Virus record (IMG/VR): IMGVR_UViG_3300048503_000021
Span: 32,254-96,253 of that record
Length of the DNA: 64,000 bases
Source of the DNA: a virus
Lineage: Duplodnaviria; Caudoviricetes
Direction: 5' to 3' (one strand)
Shown: in pieces, positions 9,774 to 20,001 of the stretch
How the letters are laid out: every line of letters starts with the position of its first letter
Numbering within the stretch: the first letter of the stretch is position 1
Notes under the pieces: model-generated
What the model was told of the DNA's origin: nothing
Database searches by the model: none
What the model saw: only the letters and a program-made list of their open reading frames with translations
Made by a program: the position numbers and the translations under genes

Positions 9774-10289
9774 ATGCCAGAACAAAGCATCTCGGAACTA
9801 ACCACACGCCTATCCGTGATAGAAGCAGCAGAGAAGCGAGAACATGCTGCCTTGCAATGCCAGTTTGGGCTAAAACTTTCAGCACTCCAGGCGGAGTTTC
9901 TGTTGCGACTTGAATCTGCCTCGCGAGCCCTTGAACTGGCACGAACCGAACTAAGCAGGCGGCTGGAGTCGTTGAACAACGAAGCGGAACGGGTAAAGAA
10001 AATCCAGGACACATACGCACTCCGCGAGGTCGTGGAAAACAACTTCAAAGAGATTCGCTTAATTATTGAATCTCAGACCCGAGAGACACGCAGTTACCTT
10101 GACCAGCGAGTAGATAAGGTGTGGTCGTCCTGCGAGGCGGAGTTCAAGGATGTTCAGAAAGCCGTCAAGGAACTGAACGATTTCCGTAACAACTTTCTTG
10201 GCAAGCAGGCTGTTGTCGCCTTCTGTATCGCGTCGGTGGTCTCTCTCGCCCTGCGCTATCTGATCCCCATTAGAGGAGCAACCCCGTGA
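9774..10289 (+). CDS. coiled-coil protein with C-terminal TM helix (holin/lysis-accessory candidate)
   Basis: Heptad-rich sequence with a C-terminal hydrophobic segment. Confidence 0.6.
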   Translation: MPEQSISELTTRLSVIEAAEKREHAALQCQFGLKLSALQAEFLLRLESASRALELARTELSRRLESLNNEAERVKKIQDTYALREVVENNFKEIRLIIESQTRETRSYLDQRVDKVWSSCEAEFKDVQKAVKELNDFRNNFLGKQAVVAFCIASVVSLALRYLIPIRGATP

Positions 10290-10373
10290 TGCCACCTGAC
10301 GGCCAAGACCAGCCCGACAAGGTGGAAGTAATTCGGCGGGTCTTCGGCCCGCTTGATTGGAGAAAACAAATTG

Positions 10374-10664
10374 ATGCCAGATAACGCTTACAAGACGGAG
10401 CCATCCACTATTAAATGGGGCCTAAATCCTGGACAGATTATTACGATCATCGTCCTGGTAGTAGGCATGGCTGCCTCTTGGGGTAGTCTCTCTCAGCAGA
10501 TTGCTACGCACACCGAAATGCTCGGCAGGATGTCGGTAGACCAAGCCACTATGGGCCGTGACCTCCTCGGATTGCGGGAAGAACAGGCGCGCGTTCGCGG
10601 CAAACTGGAAGAGCATGATCGTGAAGATTCCGCGTGGCGCGCGGCTCATCGTCAAGACAGATAA
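10374..10664 (+). CDS. single-TM coiled-coil membrane protein (holin candidate)
   Basis: LNPGQIITIIVLVVGMAASW TM segment, then coiled coil; GGAG RBS. Confidence 0.6.
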   Translation: MPDNAYKTEPSTIKWGLNPGQIITIIVLVVGMAASWGSLSQQIATHTEMLGRMSVDQATMGRDLLGLREEQARVRGKLEEHDREDSAWRAAHRQDR

Positions 10665-10677
10665 AAGAGAGGGTATT

Positions 10678-11004
10678 ATGCAGCGTAAACCAGACAACGG
10701 CGAGTCCACGTTCGACAAGTTTCGTTCTCCGCAGGCGGTCCCAGTGGAGCCTGAAGGTGAGATCCTTCAACGCATGGCCCAGTCGGACACCTATAACGAA
10801 AGCGAACGCAAGTCAATGGTGAGATCGGCGGAATGGCTTAATCGTGAGGCTATGGGGCGGGAACTGTTCAACACGCAGATGAACTCGCCTGGGGCTTCTA
10901 CGTTCTCCAAGGGCCGAGTGTTCGATTGCCCAGAGCCGGAAACGTCTGAGCGAAGGAAAGAGAGCATCAAAGACTTTCCAGAAGTTCCTAGCAGTCGCAG
11001 GTAG
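10678..11004 (+). CDS. hypothetical protein
   Basis: GAGG RBS before ATG 10678. Confidence 0.55.
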   Translation: MQRKPDNGESTFDKFRSPQAVPVEPEGEILQRMAQSDTYNESERKSMVRSAEWLNREAMGRELFNTQMNSPGASTFSKGRVFDCPEPETSERRKESIKDFPEVPSSRR

Positions 11005-11016
11005 AGAAGGTGCGTA

Positions 11017-11670
11017 GTGCCGCTTGTTACGCTTGGGAGTCTTATCGGCCGGGTGTACACACGCCTTGATAATAATGGCCTACTCTACCCTCGTCCGGAG
11101 ATTGTCAATGCCATTAACGAAGCGGTCCAGGTCGTCAACCTCTCCACGGGGTTCATCCAAGGCACTTTCCAGATTCCAGGGTGGTCTCAGGTCAACCGAG
11201 TCTGGTACGACACCCCCGCTCAGATCATCATTCCCCTGCGCGTCACGTTCGAGGGCATGTACCTTCAACCGACGACGCTTTGGCAACTGGGCGCTTCTTA
11301 TCCCAATTGGACGGCAGACACAACCAGCAGTGTGGGGCTTCCTGTTTCCTATTGGGTCCCGTGTGGTCTGACGAAGTTCGGGATCTACCCCGCTGATTCC
11401 CTTGGTGGCTGTGACATCAGGGTAACTGGAGTGATGGAGCCGGTCCCATTGGTGGCCGATACGGACATCCTCAATCTCCCCAACGAGTACGCCAGCGCCG
11501 TTGATTTTCTGGCGGCACATACCCTCATGCTGAAGGAATCCTCAACCATCTTTGCACACGGATCGACGGACTATCAGAAGTACCTGTCCGTCAACAAGAA
11601 GATGACAATTTGGAAGGGGTTGACGCAACCGCGCTACTTCTTACCGGAAGCCCAGCAGGCTAAAACATGA
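11017..11670 (+). CDS. adaptor/tail tubular A-like protein
   Basis: LIGRVYTRLD…EIVNAINEA…W…G.P..W…FGIYP…LPNEY pattern. Confidence 0.6.
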   Translation: MPLVTLGSLIGRVYTRLDNNGLLYPRPEIVNAINEAVQVVNLSTGFIQGTFQIPGWSQVNRVWYDTPAQIIIPLRVTFEGMYLQPTTLWQLGASYPNWTADTTSSVGLPVSYWVPCGLTKFGIYPADSLGGCDIRVTGVMEPVPLVADTDILNLPNEYASAVDFLAAHTLMLKESSTIFAHGSTDYQKYLSVNKKMTIWKGLTQPRYFLPEAQQAKT

Positions 11671-12188
11671 CAGATGAATTCCAAGCAAAGCTGATCGCCA
11701 TGCTCTCTACCCATGAGGGCCGCAAAGCATGGATGTATCCCGATACAGCAGGGAACGTCACCGTGGGGGTAGGGCACATGATCCCCTCGCCCGATGCCGC
11801 AACGCAGTTAGGGTTCTCAGACGCCAATCTTGAGACGGCTTCAGAGGAGGATGTCGTCAACGGATGGGGCTTTGTCAAATCCAGCAACCAGGAATACAAG
11901 GCACTGACGCTATCAGACAGCAAAATCAACAATCTCCTAATGGGGGATGTGGCTCACTTCTACCTTGTCTTGATCCAGACTTTCCCAAAGTTTAAGTCTT
12001 ATCCTGAGTCAGCCCAATTGGGCCTCTACGACATGGTATTCAACCTAGGAAGCTTTCGGGCTTTTCCTAGATTTGCGGCGGCTGTGCTGCAACAGAATTG
12101 GGCATCGGCGGCGGCAGAATGCCAGCGTGAAGGCATTGGAGCCGCCCGCAATCAGGATACGAAGAATCTTTTCCTGGAGTGCGCATGA
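11667..12188 (+). CDS. lysozyme (T4/GH24-like endolysin)
   Basis: HEG…MYPDTAGNVTVGVGH (E-x8-D-x5-T catalytic triad) and LYDMVFNLG. Confidence 0.85.
   Translation: MTDEFQAKLIAMLSTHEGRKAWMYPDTAGNVTVGVGHMIPSPDAATQLGFSDANLETASEEDVVNGWGFVKSSNQEYKALTLSDSKINNLLMGDVAHFYLVLIQTFPKFKSYPESAQLGLYDMVFNLGSFRAFPRFAAAVLQQNWASAAAECQREGIGAARNQDTKNLFLECA
11967..11980 (+). promoter_or_regulatory. GTCTNNATCCAGAC motif, site 3 (intragenic)
   Basis: GTCTTGATCCAGAC. Confidence 0.65.
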
Positions 12189-13033
12189 GCACGTCGAACC
12201 CATACGTCGAGATCTTTCAAACTCGGCTCACGTCGGACCTCTACGCTATCTACAAACAATGCTCCAATGTTTTGCTTGAAGATGGAGGTCTTACTTTAGG
12301 GCTGATTACAGATAGTGAGTTCTACGCTATCGCCAATGAGGTTGTAACGGACTTCTTGAGTAAGACTCAGATCATCAAAAAAGTATTCTGCGTCCCATTA
12401 TTGGTCGGCGTGGACACATACACGAAGCCCGATCAACTGGGGGAGATTGACGAAGCGCTTGCGGGGCAGACGCACATCAACCGGACGAGCGGGTTCTATT
12501 TGGACAATTCCGACCCTTCGTGGCCGACGCAGTTCAACCAGCCACAGTCCTTCAAGGAAGATGAAGTCCCAGTCAATCAGATCCAACTAAGCCCTATGCC
12601 AAACGTGGAAGGAGAGTTGACGTACACCTACGATCAGGGCTATGGCGTGCCCGCCTCTACGTCTGGCGCGGTTGACTTCGACATCCAGGCCAATCCGTCT
12701 ACCCCTGGTTACGGGGTGTTTGCCGAAGCCATTGGGAATCCATATTTAGAAGCAGCCGGGACTGGTTACGGGGTGTATGCCGACATGGTATGCTCCACTG
12801 GGAATCTGACGATGATTGGGAATGTCATCCCGACCGATCCGACGTATATTCAGCTAATCCCCGCTTCGTTCCAGTGCTACTTGAAGTATGGGATACTCTC
12901 CAGGATCTTTTCTACAAACAGCGAATTGAAAGACGAACAGAAAGCCACCTATTGCCAAGCGCGGTATGCTGAAGGTGTGAACTTAGCAGGAGCAATTATG
13001 GCCAACATCTACACGGAGCAAGCCAATGCCTGA
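12185..13033 (+). CDS. adaptor/tail tubular A-like protein (third paralogue)
   Basis: W…QPQSF…IQLSPMP…IPASFQCYLKYGILSRIF…A.YCQARY pattern. Confidence 0.6.
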   Translation: MSTSNPYVEIFQTRLTSDLYAIYKQCSNVLLEDGGLTLGLITDSEFYAIANEVVTDFLSKTQIIKKVFCVPLLVGVDTYTKPDQLGEIDEALAGQTHINRTSGFYLDNSDPSWPTQFNQPQSFKEDEVPVNQIQLSPMPNVEGELTYTYDQGYGVPASTSGAVDFDIQANPSTPGYGVFAEAIGNPYLEAAGTGYGVYADMVCSTGNLTMIGNVIPTDPTYIQLIPASFQCYLKYGILSRIFSTNSELKDEQKATYCQARYAEGVNLAGAIMANIYTEQANA

Positions 13034-13262
13034 TGCCATCACCGTTACTTTCAGAGGGATCGTCGTCGAAGACTTCATGATGGTCACTGTCGCCGGTCCT
13101 GCCACTACGACTGTTCTTGGAGTAGGCCCTGGCGTAACCGTCTCTCCCTTCGTCATGGCGGCAAGCGATGCAGGCGCAGCGACGGCAGGAGTACCTGTCG
13201 GCGGGGTCTATATCGTCACGTCAGCTCCAGGGAATAGCTACCTCAAGGCCAGAATGAGCTAA
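13026..13262 (+). CDS. small virion protein
   Basis: SDAGAATAGVPVGGVY motif common in phage fibres. Confidence 0.6.
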   Translation: MPDAITVTFRGIVVEDFMMVTVAGPATTTVLGVGPGVTVSPFVMAASDAGAATAGVPVGGVYIVTSAPGNSYLKARMS

Positions 13263-13268
13263 GACAAC

Positions 13269-16200
13269 ATGGCTGACCTCCAACCTATTTCCCGTGCTTT
13301 CCCCAATGGCGGGCTCCAACTGAAGCAGGACCCGGCCCTGTTGGACGAGTCGCATTACAGCGAATTGACCAATGTTGTCAGTGTCCAGGAGGGGAACATC
13401 ACGGTTAGGGCGGGGAGTCAGAAGATCACCAGGGCTGACGAATGGCAACAGGATTTCGACGAAGCTCCGGTCATCCATTCAATCTCTGCGTTGCACGTAG
13501 GGGACTTGGGGGAGGAAATCTTATACGTTGGCGAGGATGTGAACATTTGGTCTCGGATCAACGGCGGAGATTGGAATGAGATTGCAACTGGCGTAGCCCC
13601 ATCGGACGCTTACGCTCGTCAGAGATTCAGCGCTATCTCCTATTCTGCTGGGTCTAGCGGACTCCCCTACCAGTACTTTGCCTGCCCCAGCGCGATGCTG
13701 AAGGATAGCGGGATAAACCCAGCCACAGCTTCGCCGGGACTTCAAAAGTGGGGGATATTGCCTCCAGTGCAACCAGTCCAGGCAGCGTTGGGCGCGTACA
13801 CGTTACTGCCTCCAGACATGGACGTGGTTTACAACTTAGCCGTAGGCTCAGACATAAGCAGATTGCCCTATATGTCCGTCGCAGAGGCTAGCGGGACAGT
13901 CCCAGGGAACATCACCATCACCCCGTCCACTATGTCTGGGATCAACGTGGGGATGCTGTTGCAGATCGTAACTCCGGCTATTGGAGGGGTTCCAGCCTAC
14001 ACTCAATACGCTCCCGTTCTCTCCAGCGATTCGACTACCTTCAGCGTGTATCTGGAAGATATACCCAATGTCGGGGCCTTGATCCAAGCGGCAGAGGATT
14101 TAGATACGGACACTGGTTCAAGTGACTTCGTAACGCTTGCGACGATGGACATAGCGCTAGATGCTTCTTTTGACGGAATCCCGTCAACTGGCTATTCCAC
14201 GGATGATCTTGTTCACATTTCGGTCTACGCCTCAGACCCGGCTCAATATACAGACATCCGGTTTAGAGTCTTGGTCAACAATAGCAACTCCGACTATTAT
14301 GAAAAATCAATCCTTCCAACTGCGATCCAGCCGCAGGTTACGGGTACGCAGACTTCTACCCAGAACCTCAGCAATATCGGAGCAACCATTCCTCAGAGCG
14401 CCCTTAACGACACTCCGTATATCAGCCAGGAAATCACTCAAGCTAAAGCCCAAGCACTGGCTGCCGTATCGGCTGAAGCTGCCGATTCAGGCAACGCAGT
14501 CTGGACAGAGATTAGTATTCCAAAGTCTCAATTCCTGGCTGTCGGGAATGCCGGGAACCCGGTATATTCGTGGAAGAATGTAACTGGGTTTCAGGTCGTT
14601 TATAAGACCGTTGCGGTCCCAACCGGAAGCCCCGAGCTTGGCATTAGCAGCATTTATATCGCCGGTGGGGCTGGGCCAAACGCGGTTACTACTTCATCGG
14701 ACTTTCCCCTCCAGCCGTACAGTTACATTTTCACGTTCCGTAACCCCATTACTGGGGCCGAAGGCAATCCCTGCGCCTTGATGATTCCAACGGCGGCGGT
14801 GAGCCCGCAACGGCAAGGCGTTGATTTAACTCTCTACGGGACAGACGATCCTCAGATAACTGGGGAGAATTCCATTTCGGTCTACAGGGCTGGGGGCTCT
14901 TTTGCTGACTCGTACTATCGGTTTGTCGGCTATGCTGCTAATCCTGGGGCTGGCGAGACTGTCATTTTCAGCGATCAGCAGAGCGACCAGAGCATAGATA
15001 TTAACAATCTAGTAGACTTTGACAACGATACGCCGGTAACGAGCGCCCTTCCAACCCCAGTGGTAATGACTTCCTCCACTGTGGCTGTAGCCAATACGCT
15101 TGCGGTTTTGAACGTAATAGTCACCTCCGGTTCTTTGGCAAGCCTGACCGTAGGGACACCTCTCACTGTGGGCATAAACACGCTGACGCAAGAAACGTCG
15201 ATCTTGGCGGCTGTGGATGCAGTCGGCGGGACGGTTACGCTGTTTCTCCAGTACGACCATTCGGACGCGGCTACGAACCCGATCACGATCCAAGCTGACG
15301 CTATTGCCAACCAACCCGTGACTCTTTCCCTAGAAGCGTTTGATTCGGTATTTCTTGCAGGCGATCCGAACAATCCGCATGTCCTTTACCAGTCAAAGAC
15401 TGGCAGGCCCGAGGCTTTCCCGATCATCAACCTAACGACGAACGTAGCAAACGCCATCAACGTCGGAACCCCCTCCAATTATATCGTCAATATGACGGAG
15501 TTCTCTGGCGGGGTTCTGTGCATGAACCTAAACAACCTGTACTACGTGGCTGTGGCGTCTGGCCAGATGGAGGCCCCTATTGCCACCCCTGCCCAAAGGG
15601 GCTTGTTGGCCACTAAGGCATGGTGCATGGCAGACAATGAGTTGTGGTACTTGTCTTACGACGGGATCTATTCATGGAGCGGGGGGATGAGCGCCTGGAG
15701 AAGCCAAGACATAGACCCGCTGTTCAACGGGCATACGATTGGTCCTTATTCCCCAATAGACACCCGGCCTCATCTTGGGACGGCAGGCGCAGACGTAGTT
15801 ACGATGGAGTACAACGACAACGAGGTGTTCGTCTCCTACCTGGACACCCTTGGCGTCCCACACCGTCTCAGATACCATACGAAGTTCAAAAGATGGAGCA
15901 TTGAGGACTTAAGTGACATTCTAGCCAACGGAGCCCTTGTTGGAATAACGGCTCAGTTCAACGACAAGACGACAGGAATCCTCTATGCGGCTAAAAGCCC
16001 AAACACATTCGCCTTCTTGTACGAAGAGAAGTCTGGGACGTCCGATGGCTGGGTGGATACACCGAACGATGGGCAGGCTATCGTCTATTCCTTGACCCCA
16101 GCGGCCTTCACGGCGAATGCTCCTAGCGCGAACAAGACATTTGCGGATCTCATCCTGGAGATGAAGTCCACCGACATCGTGACTATCCAGACGTTCTACG

Positions 16201-17297
16201 ACTTCTCGACAACGCAGGATGAGCTTTTTACGATTGTTCCCAACCCCAATCGGGTTCGTATTCCCAATTCAATCCAGGGTGGATACCACAAGGAAGCTTA
16301 TGCCATCCAGACAAGGATCTCTGGGACGACAACAGGCGGAGGCTCCTTCTATTCGTTGACGTTGAATGTCGTCCCTCTGGCTCAGATCCAAGTGGGGCGT
16401 GCTTACGATTGGGACGATTTGGGATGGCCCTTTGATAAGCGACTATACCAATTGGTGATGGAATATGACATCCCGGTGGGGCAAACCGTCGTGATGAACA
16501 TGGACACGATGACCGGCGTTATCGGCGTCCAGCAAGAGAACACGGCTGTCCAGTCTTTCGTCTTAGCCCCTCCAACCACTACGGGAGGGAAGCCTAACCG
16601 GATCACGGCCAACTTCGCCCTGAATGACAACATGATCGTCAAGAAGGTTCGGTTGCGGCCAACGGTTGCGGGCGTCCCCTTTAAGCATTTCTCTTACTCG
16701 TTTCCCGGCCTCAGTAAGTATCCTGCCGACAGGACTCTCTATACGGAGTGGAGCGACCTGGAGTATTCTGGCGACAAAGTTTTTAGGACTCTCAACCTAG
16801 AAATGAATTCATCGGGGTTGCCATGCGCGGTTCAACTGCAAGGGGATTCTGGGAATCTGGGAGCTCCGATCTCTGTTGTCACCACGTTGAATGACCGGGC
16901 TCGCATCTTGACTCTACAGAGCGACTTGATCTCGAAAAACACTCGGCTTGTTTTCACGCCATCTCCAGGGGGATACTCCCAATACTTCAAGCACAGTTTC
17001 GATTTCTGGAAAGAGCCGATGGCTGTGTCTCATTGGGATTCCTACGAGTTCAACTTCGGCTACGATGGATACAATTTCGTCAAGCAGGCGTGGCTGGAGT
17101 ACACTTGTTCTGTGCCAATTCGGGTGACATTTTACGGGGACGACGGAGAGCCGTTTTATCAGATTACCCTACCGGCGCACCCACAGCGGGACGTTGAACG
17201 GTTCTATTTGCCCGCTTCTCTCATAGACAACGAAGGTGACGTTTCTCTGAATAAGAGCAAGCGGAAAAGGATGACAATTGATACGGTTGCCAGCTAA
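13269..17297 (+). CDS. tail tubular B / stabilisation (nozzle)-like protein
   Basis: 1342 aa; N-terminal FPNGGL…DPALL…LTNV…G.I.VRAG motif; beta-rich; YSYIFTF…G.EGNP; LWYLSYDGIY.W.G. Confidence 0.65.
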   Translation: MADLQPISRAFPNGGLQLKQDPALLDESHYSELTNVVSVQEGNITVRAGSQKITRADEWQQDFDEAPVIHSISALHVGDLGEEILYVGEDVNIWSRINGGDWNEIATGVAPSDAYARQRFSAISYSAGSSGLPYQYFACPSAMLKDSGINPATASPGLQKWGILPPVQPVQAALGAYTLLPPDMDVVYNLAVGSDISRLPYMSVAEASGTVPGNITITPSTMSGINVGMLLQIVTPAIGGVPAYTQYAPVLSSDSTTFSVYLEDIPNVGALIQAAEDLDTDTGSSDFVTLATMDIALDASFDGIPSTGYSTDDLVHISVYASDPAQYTDIRFRVLVNNSNSDYYEKSILPTAIQPQVTGTQTSTQNLSNIGATIPQSALNDTPYISQEITQAKAQALAAVSAEAADSGNAVWTEISIPKSQFLAVGNAGNPVYSWKNVTGFQVVYKTVAVPTGSPELGISSIYIAGGAGPNAVTTSSDFPLQPYSYIFTFRNPITGAEGNPCALMIPTAAVSPQRQGVDLTLYGTDDPQITGENSISVYRAGGSFADSYYRFVGYAANPGAGETVIFSDQQSDQSIDINNLVDFDNDTPVTSALPTPVVMTSSTVAVANTLAVLNVIVTSGSLASLTVGTPLTVGINTLTQETSILAAVDAVGGTVTLFLQYDHSDAATNPITIQADAIANQPVTLSLEAFDSVFLAGDPNNPHVLYQSKTGRPEAFPIINLTTNVANAINVGTPSNYIVNMTEFSGGVLCMNLNNLYYVAVASGQMEAPIATPAQRGLLATKAWCMADNELWYLSYDGIYSWSGGMSAWRSQDIDPLFNGHTIGPYSPIDTRPHLGTAGADVVTMEYNDNEVFVSYLDTLGVPHRLRYHTKFKRWSIEDLSDILANGALVGITAQFNDKTTGILYAAKSPNTFAFLYEEKSGTSDGWVDTPNDGQAIVYSLTPAAFTANAPSANKTFADLILEMKSTDIVTIQTFYDFSTTQDELFTIVPNPNRVRIPNSIQGGYHKEAYAIQTRISGTTTGGGSFYSLTLNVVPLAQIQVGRAYDWDDLGWPFDKRLYQLVMEYDIPVGQTVVMNMDTMTGVIGVQQENTAVQSFVLAPPTTTGGKPNRITANFALNDNMIVKKVRLRPTVAGVPFKHFSYSFPGLSKYPADRTLYTEWSDLEYSGDKVFRTLNLEMNSSGLPCAVQLQGDSGNLGAPISVVTTLNDRARILTLQSDLISKNTRLVFTPSPGGYSQYFKHSFDFWKEPMAVSHWDSYEFNFGYDGYNFVKQAWLEYTCSVPIRVTFYGDDGEPFYQITLPAHPQRDVERFYLPASLIDNEGDVSLNKSKRKRMTIDTVAS

Positions 17298-17305
17298 AGG
17301 ATTTT

Positions 17306-18736
17306 ATGTCACTTCAAATCAGTTCGGTCGGCTCGACGCAGTACTCCGAGGTGCCATGCACGACGACGATGACATTGATGCAAGCGGTTGTGGATCAATT
17401 AGTTCTCTCAGGCTGGACCATTTCTCAGCAGTTCGCCGCTACCGGGGAAATTCTGGTAACCGGATATCCGAACAACGGCTGGACGATTACCTTCTCTAGC
17501 CCTTGGGCATTGTTCCCGACGCAGGTGTGGACCTACGTAACGACCGTCACTGGGGCAAACCAGATTCTAGTTGGGGCCAATCTGCCAGCGGTGGCTGCGA
17601 ATCTTGCTGCGGCAATGACTAGTACCGGGCTAATGACGGCGACCGTTGACGGCTCCAACAATTTACTGATTCACTTAGTCTCGGCTGGAACGGGCGCGGC
17701 AGCCAACAGCATCATCGGGATTGCCGACCCCACTGCTTCCTGGGGATCGACCAATCTATACATAGGCGGTCTCGGCACTTTTTACACGCCGTTCCTTGCC
17801 AATGGTGGCTTTTTCATGCTTTCCGGGGTAACGGCTCAGGGCTTGCAAATGGGCCTATTTGTAGAGAATGGTGGCGATTATGTCAGATTTAGGGTGGCCT
17901 CAGTCCTGCAAGACATGGTGAGCTTTGTCCTAACTGACAGTGCGCGCAAGGCTGTGGTCACCAACACTGCGGGGATTGCTAACGTCCTATGCTATTCAAA
18001 CTCCACCCGTGTCCTGGAATTCGTCTCGAATGCTCATCAATGTTTCTTGTGGTTACTGGGGGACTCTAGTACGAACTTTACCAGGATGGCCTTCGGCCTC
18101 CCCTACATTCGGGCGTTCAATGCACCAATTTTAATTTCCGCCGCTAGTAATACGAGCCCGGTTGTTCTGGCGACAGCGACGGCGCACGGCAGAACTACCG
18201 GAGATTACGTCTTCGTGGCCGACACGCAAGGCAACCTAGGCGCAAACGGCTATTGGCAGTGTGTCGTGATAGACCCGACGCACCTTTCACTGACGGGATC
18301 AACCGGCACAGGCGCATACGCGAGCGGCGGCCTACTCGCGGGCGCTTCTACTCAACTGGCGCGCGCCGCGTGGTTTGCCGGTGAAAACTCGCCATTCTTC
18401 AGGACCACTCTCGGCGCTGGGTCACAGGCGTCTACTTGGGTCGTAACAAACCAACTTCCCATGGGTGGACCGCCAATCAGCCTGAAGTCTTCCGGCCCAT
18501 TTTCTAACATCGGCACCCCCGTCTCCGCTTATGGCTCAATCCCGAGCGCCATGGACCCGGTGATTTGCTGGGCGCCAGAAGGAACGAGCGGGACTCTGTA
18601 TGAGATCGGGCAATTGTGGGATTGTTTCATCACGATGGAAAACGTCCCAATAGACCGAGTGGCCCCGAACTTTCTTGGATTCCCGTGGGTGCAGTATACA
18701 AATTCAGGATATTCGATGTGGCTGAAGAGGGGATGA
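17306..18736 (+). CDS. tail protein with FCCH-like repeat module
   Basis: ISAASNTSPVV…AHGRTTGDYVFV…ANG.W…G.GAY.SGG motif. Confidence 0.6.
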   Translation: MSLQISSVGSTQYSEVPCTTTMTLMQAVVDQLVLSGWTISQQFAATGEILVTGYPNNGWTITFSSPWALFPTQVWTYVTTVTGANQILVGANLPAVAANLAAAMTSTGLMTATVDGSNNLLIHLVSAGTGAAANSIIGIADPTASWGSTNLYIGGLGTFYTPFLANGGFFMLSGVTAQGLQMGLFVENGGDYVRFRVASVLQDMVSFVLTDSARKAVVTNTAGIANVLCYSNSTRVLEFVSNAHQCFLWLLGDSSTNFTRMAFGLPYIRAFNAPILISAASNTSPVVLATATAHGRTTGDYVFVADTQGNLGANGYWQCVVIDPTHLSLTGSTGTGAYASGGLLAGASTQLARAAWFAGENSPFFRTTLGAGSQASTWVVTNQLPMGGPPISLKSSGPFSNIGTPVSAYGSIPSAMDPVICWAPEGTSGTLYEIGQLWDCFITMENVPIDRVAPNFLGFPWVQYTNSGYSMWLKRG

Positions 18737-18737
18737 T

Positions 18738-19358
18738 GTGGCTCTGAGTACAGAAGAGGACCTCTTATACCCGGTCTACTCCTATCCCAATTGCTTCGGC
18801 GGGGATTGGCCGGAGACTGTCGAAACAATGGGGATGACTTTTGCGACTCTGGCGATTGCAACCGTTAACGGAACCAATCCAGTTGCGCTGGGCTTTAGCG
18901 TTGCATCTGGGCTCTGGGTGGGCCAGCCTATTACAGTTGTTGGCGTTGGGGGTGGAGTCGACGGCCCACACCAAGTACTCACCGCCCCTACAACCGTTTC
19001 AGCCACAATCGACGCGGTGGGCACTGGGACATATACAAACGGGACCGTAGTCCCTTCCGACAGATTCGTTGGGGTGAATTTGGCAGAGGGTCTTTTCCTG
19101 GCAGAGAGAGATGTACTCATGCCAGCAAACCCGTTCATCACTCTTTCGACAACTGTTTCGACAATTGTTTCGACAACTGTTACTGTGACAACGACGGTTA
19201 CCACTACGGTTAGTCCCACCATCACCCCAGTTGTTGGATTGCCGGTATTTAAGCTCTATGCTGATGGGTCGCGTTTAGAATGGATGGCCTGTGGGGCCGA
19301 TCAGAGGTCGGCGTATCAGCAAACCACGTTGTCAACTTTGATGGCCCCGAGGATTTAA
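18738..19358 (+). CDS. tail-associated protein with Thr/Val-rich linker
   Basis: FCCH-like module plus a STTVSTIVSTTVTVTTTVTTT tract. Confidence 0.6.
   Translation: MALSTEEDLLYPVYSYPNCFGGDWPETVETMGMTFATLAIATVNGTNPVALGFSVASGLWVGQPITVVGVGGGVDGPHQVLTAPTTVSATIDAVGTGTYTNGTVVPSDRFVGVNLAEGLFLAERDVLMPANPFITLSTTVSTIVSTTVTVTTTVTTTVSPTITPVVGLPVFKLYADGSRLEWMACGADQRSAYQQTTLSTLMAPRI
19146..19181 (+). repeat. 3 x 12-bp tandem repeat TCGACAA(C/T)TGTT
   Basis: Directly visible; encodes STTV/STIV. Confidence 0.8.
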
Positions 19359-19359
19359 C

Positions 19360-20001
19360 GTGGCAAATACGAGCGGCTACGCAGAGTTAAAAACATCGGA
19401 CCTCCAGGACGAAACCCTCTTCGCCCTGAATCAGAGGATGCGCTATCTATACCAGAAGGTGTCTGGCGTTTACGGACAAAACTCCCCCAATCTGCTCTCG
19501 TCCCCTACGCTGGCAACAGCCTACTCTTCACAGCAGACGGCCCAGAATGTATCCCCAAACGAGTTCATCACGAACGCGGTTGCCAATAAGCTCTACGGGA
19601 TAGCAGCTATCCAGGCGGCAATCAATAGCGGCAAGCTTCAGGTTGGTGGGCCGAACGGCCAACAGGTAGCGCAGGCGGCGCTTTTCACGATCATCACCCT
19701 AGCGCAGCTTCCTACGGCTGGGACGCTGGCTACAAATGCCGACAATGCCGGGATGACGTTCTTCATCAGCGACTACTACCACTGGCTAGAGTTCAACGGG
19801 ACGGGGTATCAGTGGCACCCGTGGGAGTCGGACGGGTCGGCCTATTACCGGCTGGCGGATGCTCCCCCCAATTGGGGCAGATGGGCTTCGGTCAGCGGCG
19901 GAGGGACAGCCGCCTTCCTGCAATCTAACGGGACGTTGGGGTTGGCCACTATGGCAACAGTGACAGCGGGATTCTTTACGGGAGTGTGGTTCCGCCAATG
20001 A
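19360..20001 (+). CDS. virion/tail protein
   Basis: 213 aa, coupled within the operon. Confidence 0.65.
   Translation: MANTSGYAELKTSDLQDETLFALNQRMRYLYQKVSGVYGQNSPNLLSSPTLATAYSSQQTAQNVSPNEFITNAVANKLYGIAAIQAAINSGKLQVGGPNGQQVAQAALFTIITLAQLPTAGTLATNADNAGMTFFISDYYHWLEFNGTGYQWHPWESDGSAYYRLADAPPNWGRWASVSGGGTAAFLQSNGTLGLATMATVTAGFFTGVWFRQ

Noticed and set aside
16179-16192. Further motif copies with 2 mismatches (16179, 34017, ~41916, 50130)
   Set aside because: A few 2-mismatch hits are expected by chance, so they were not counted.
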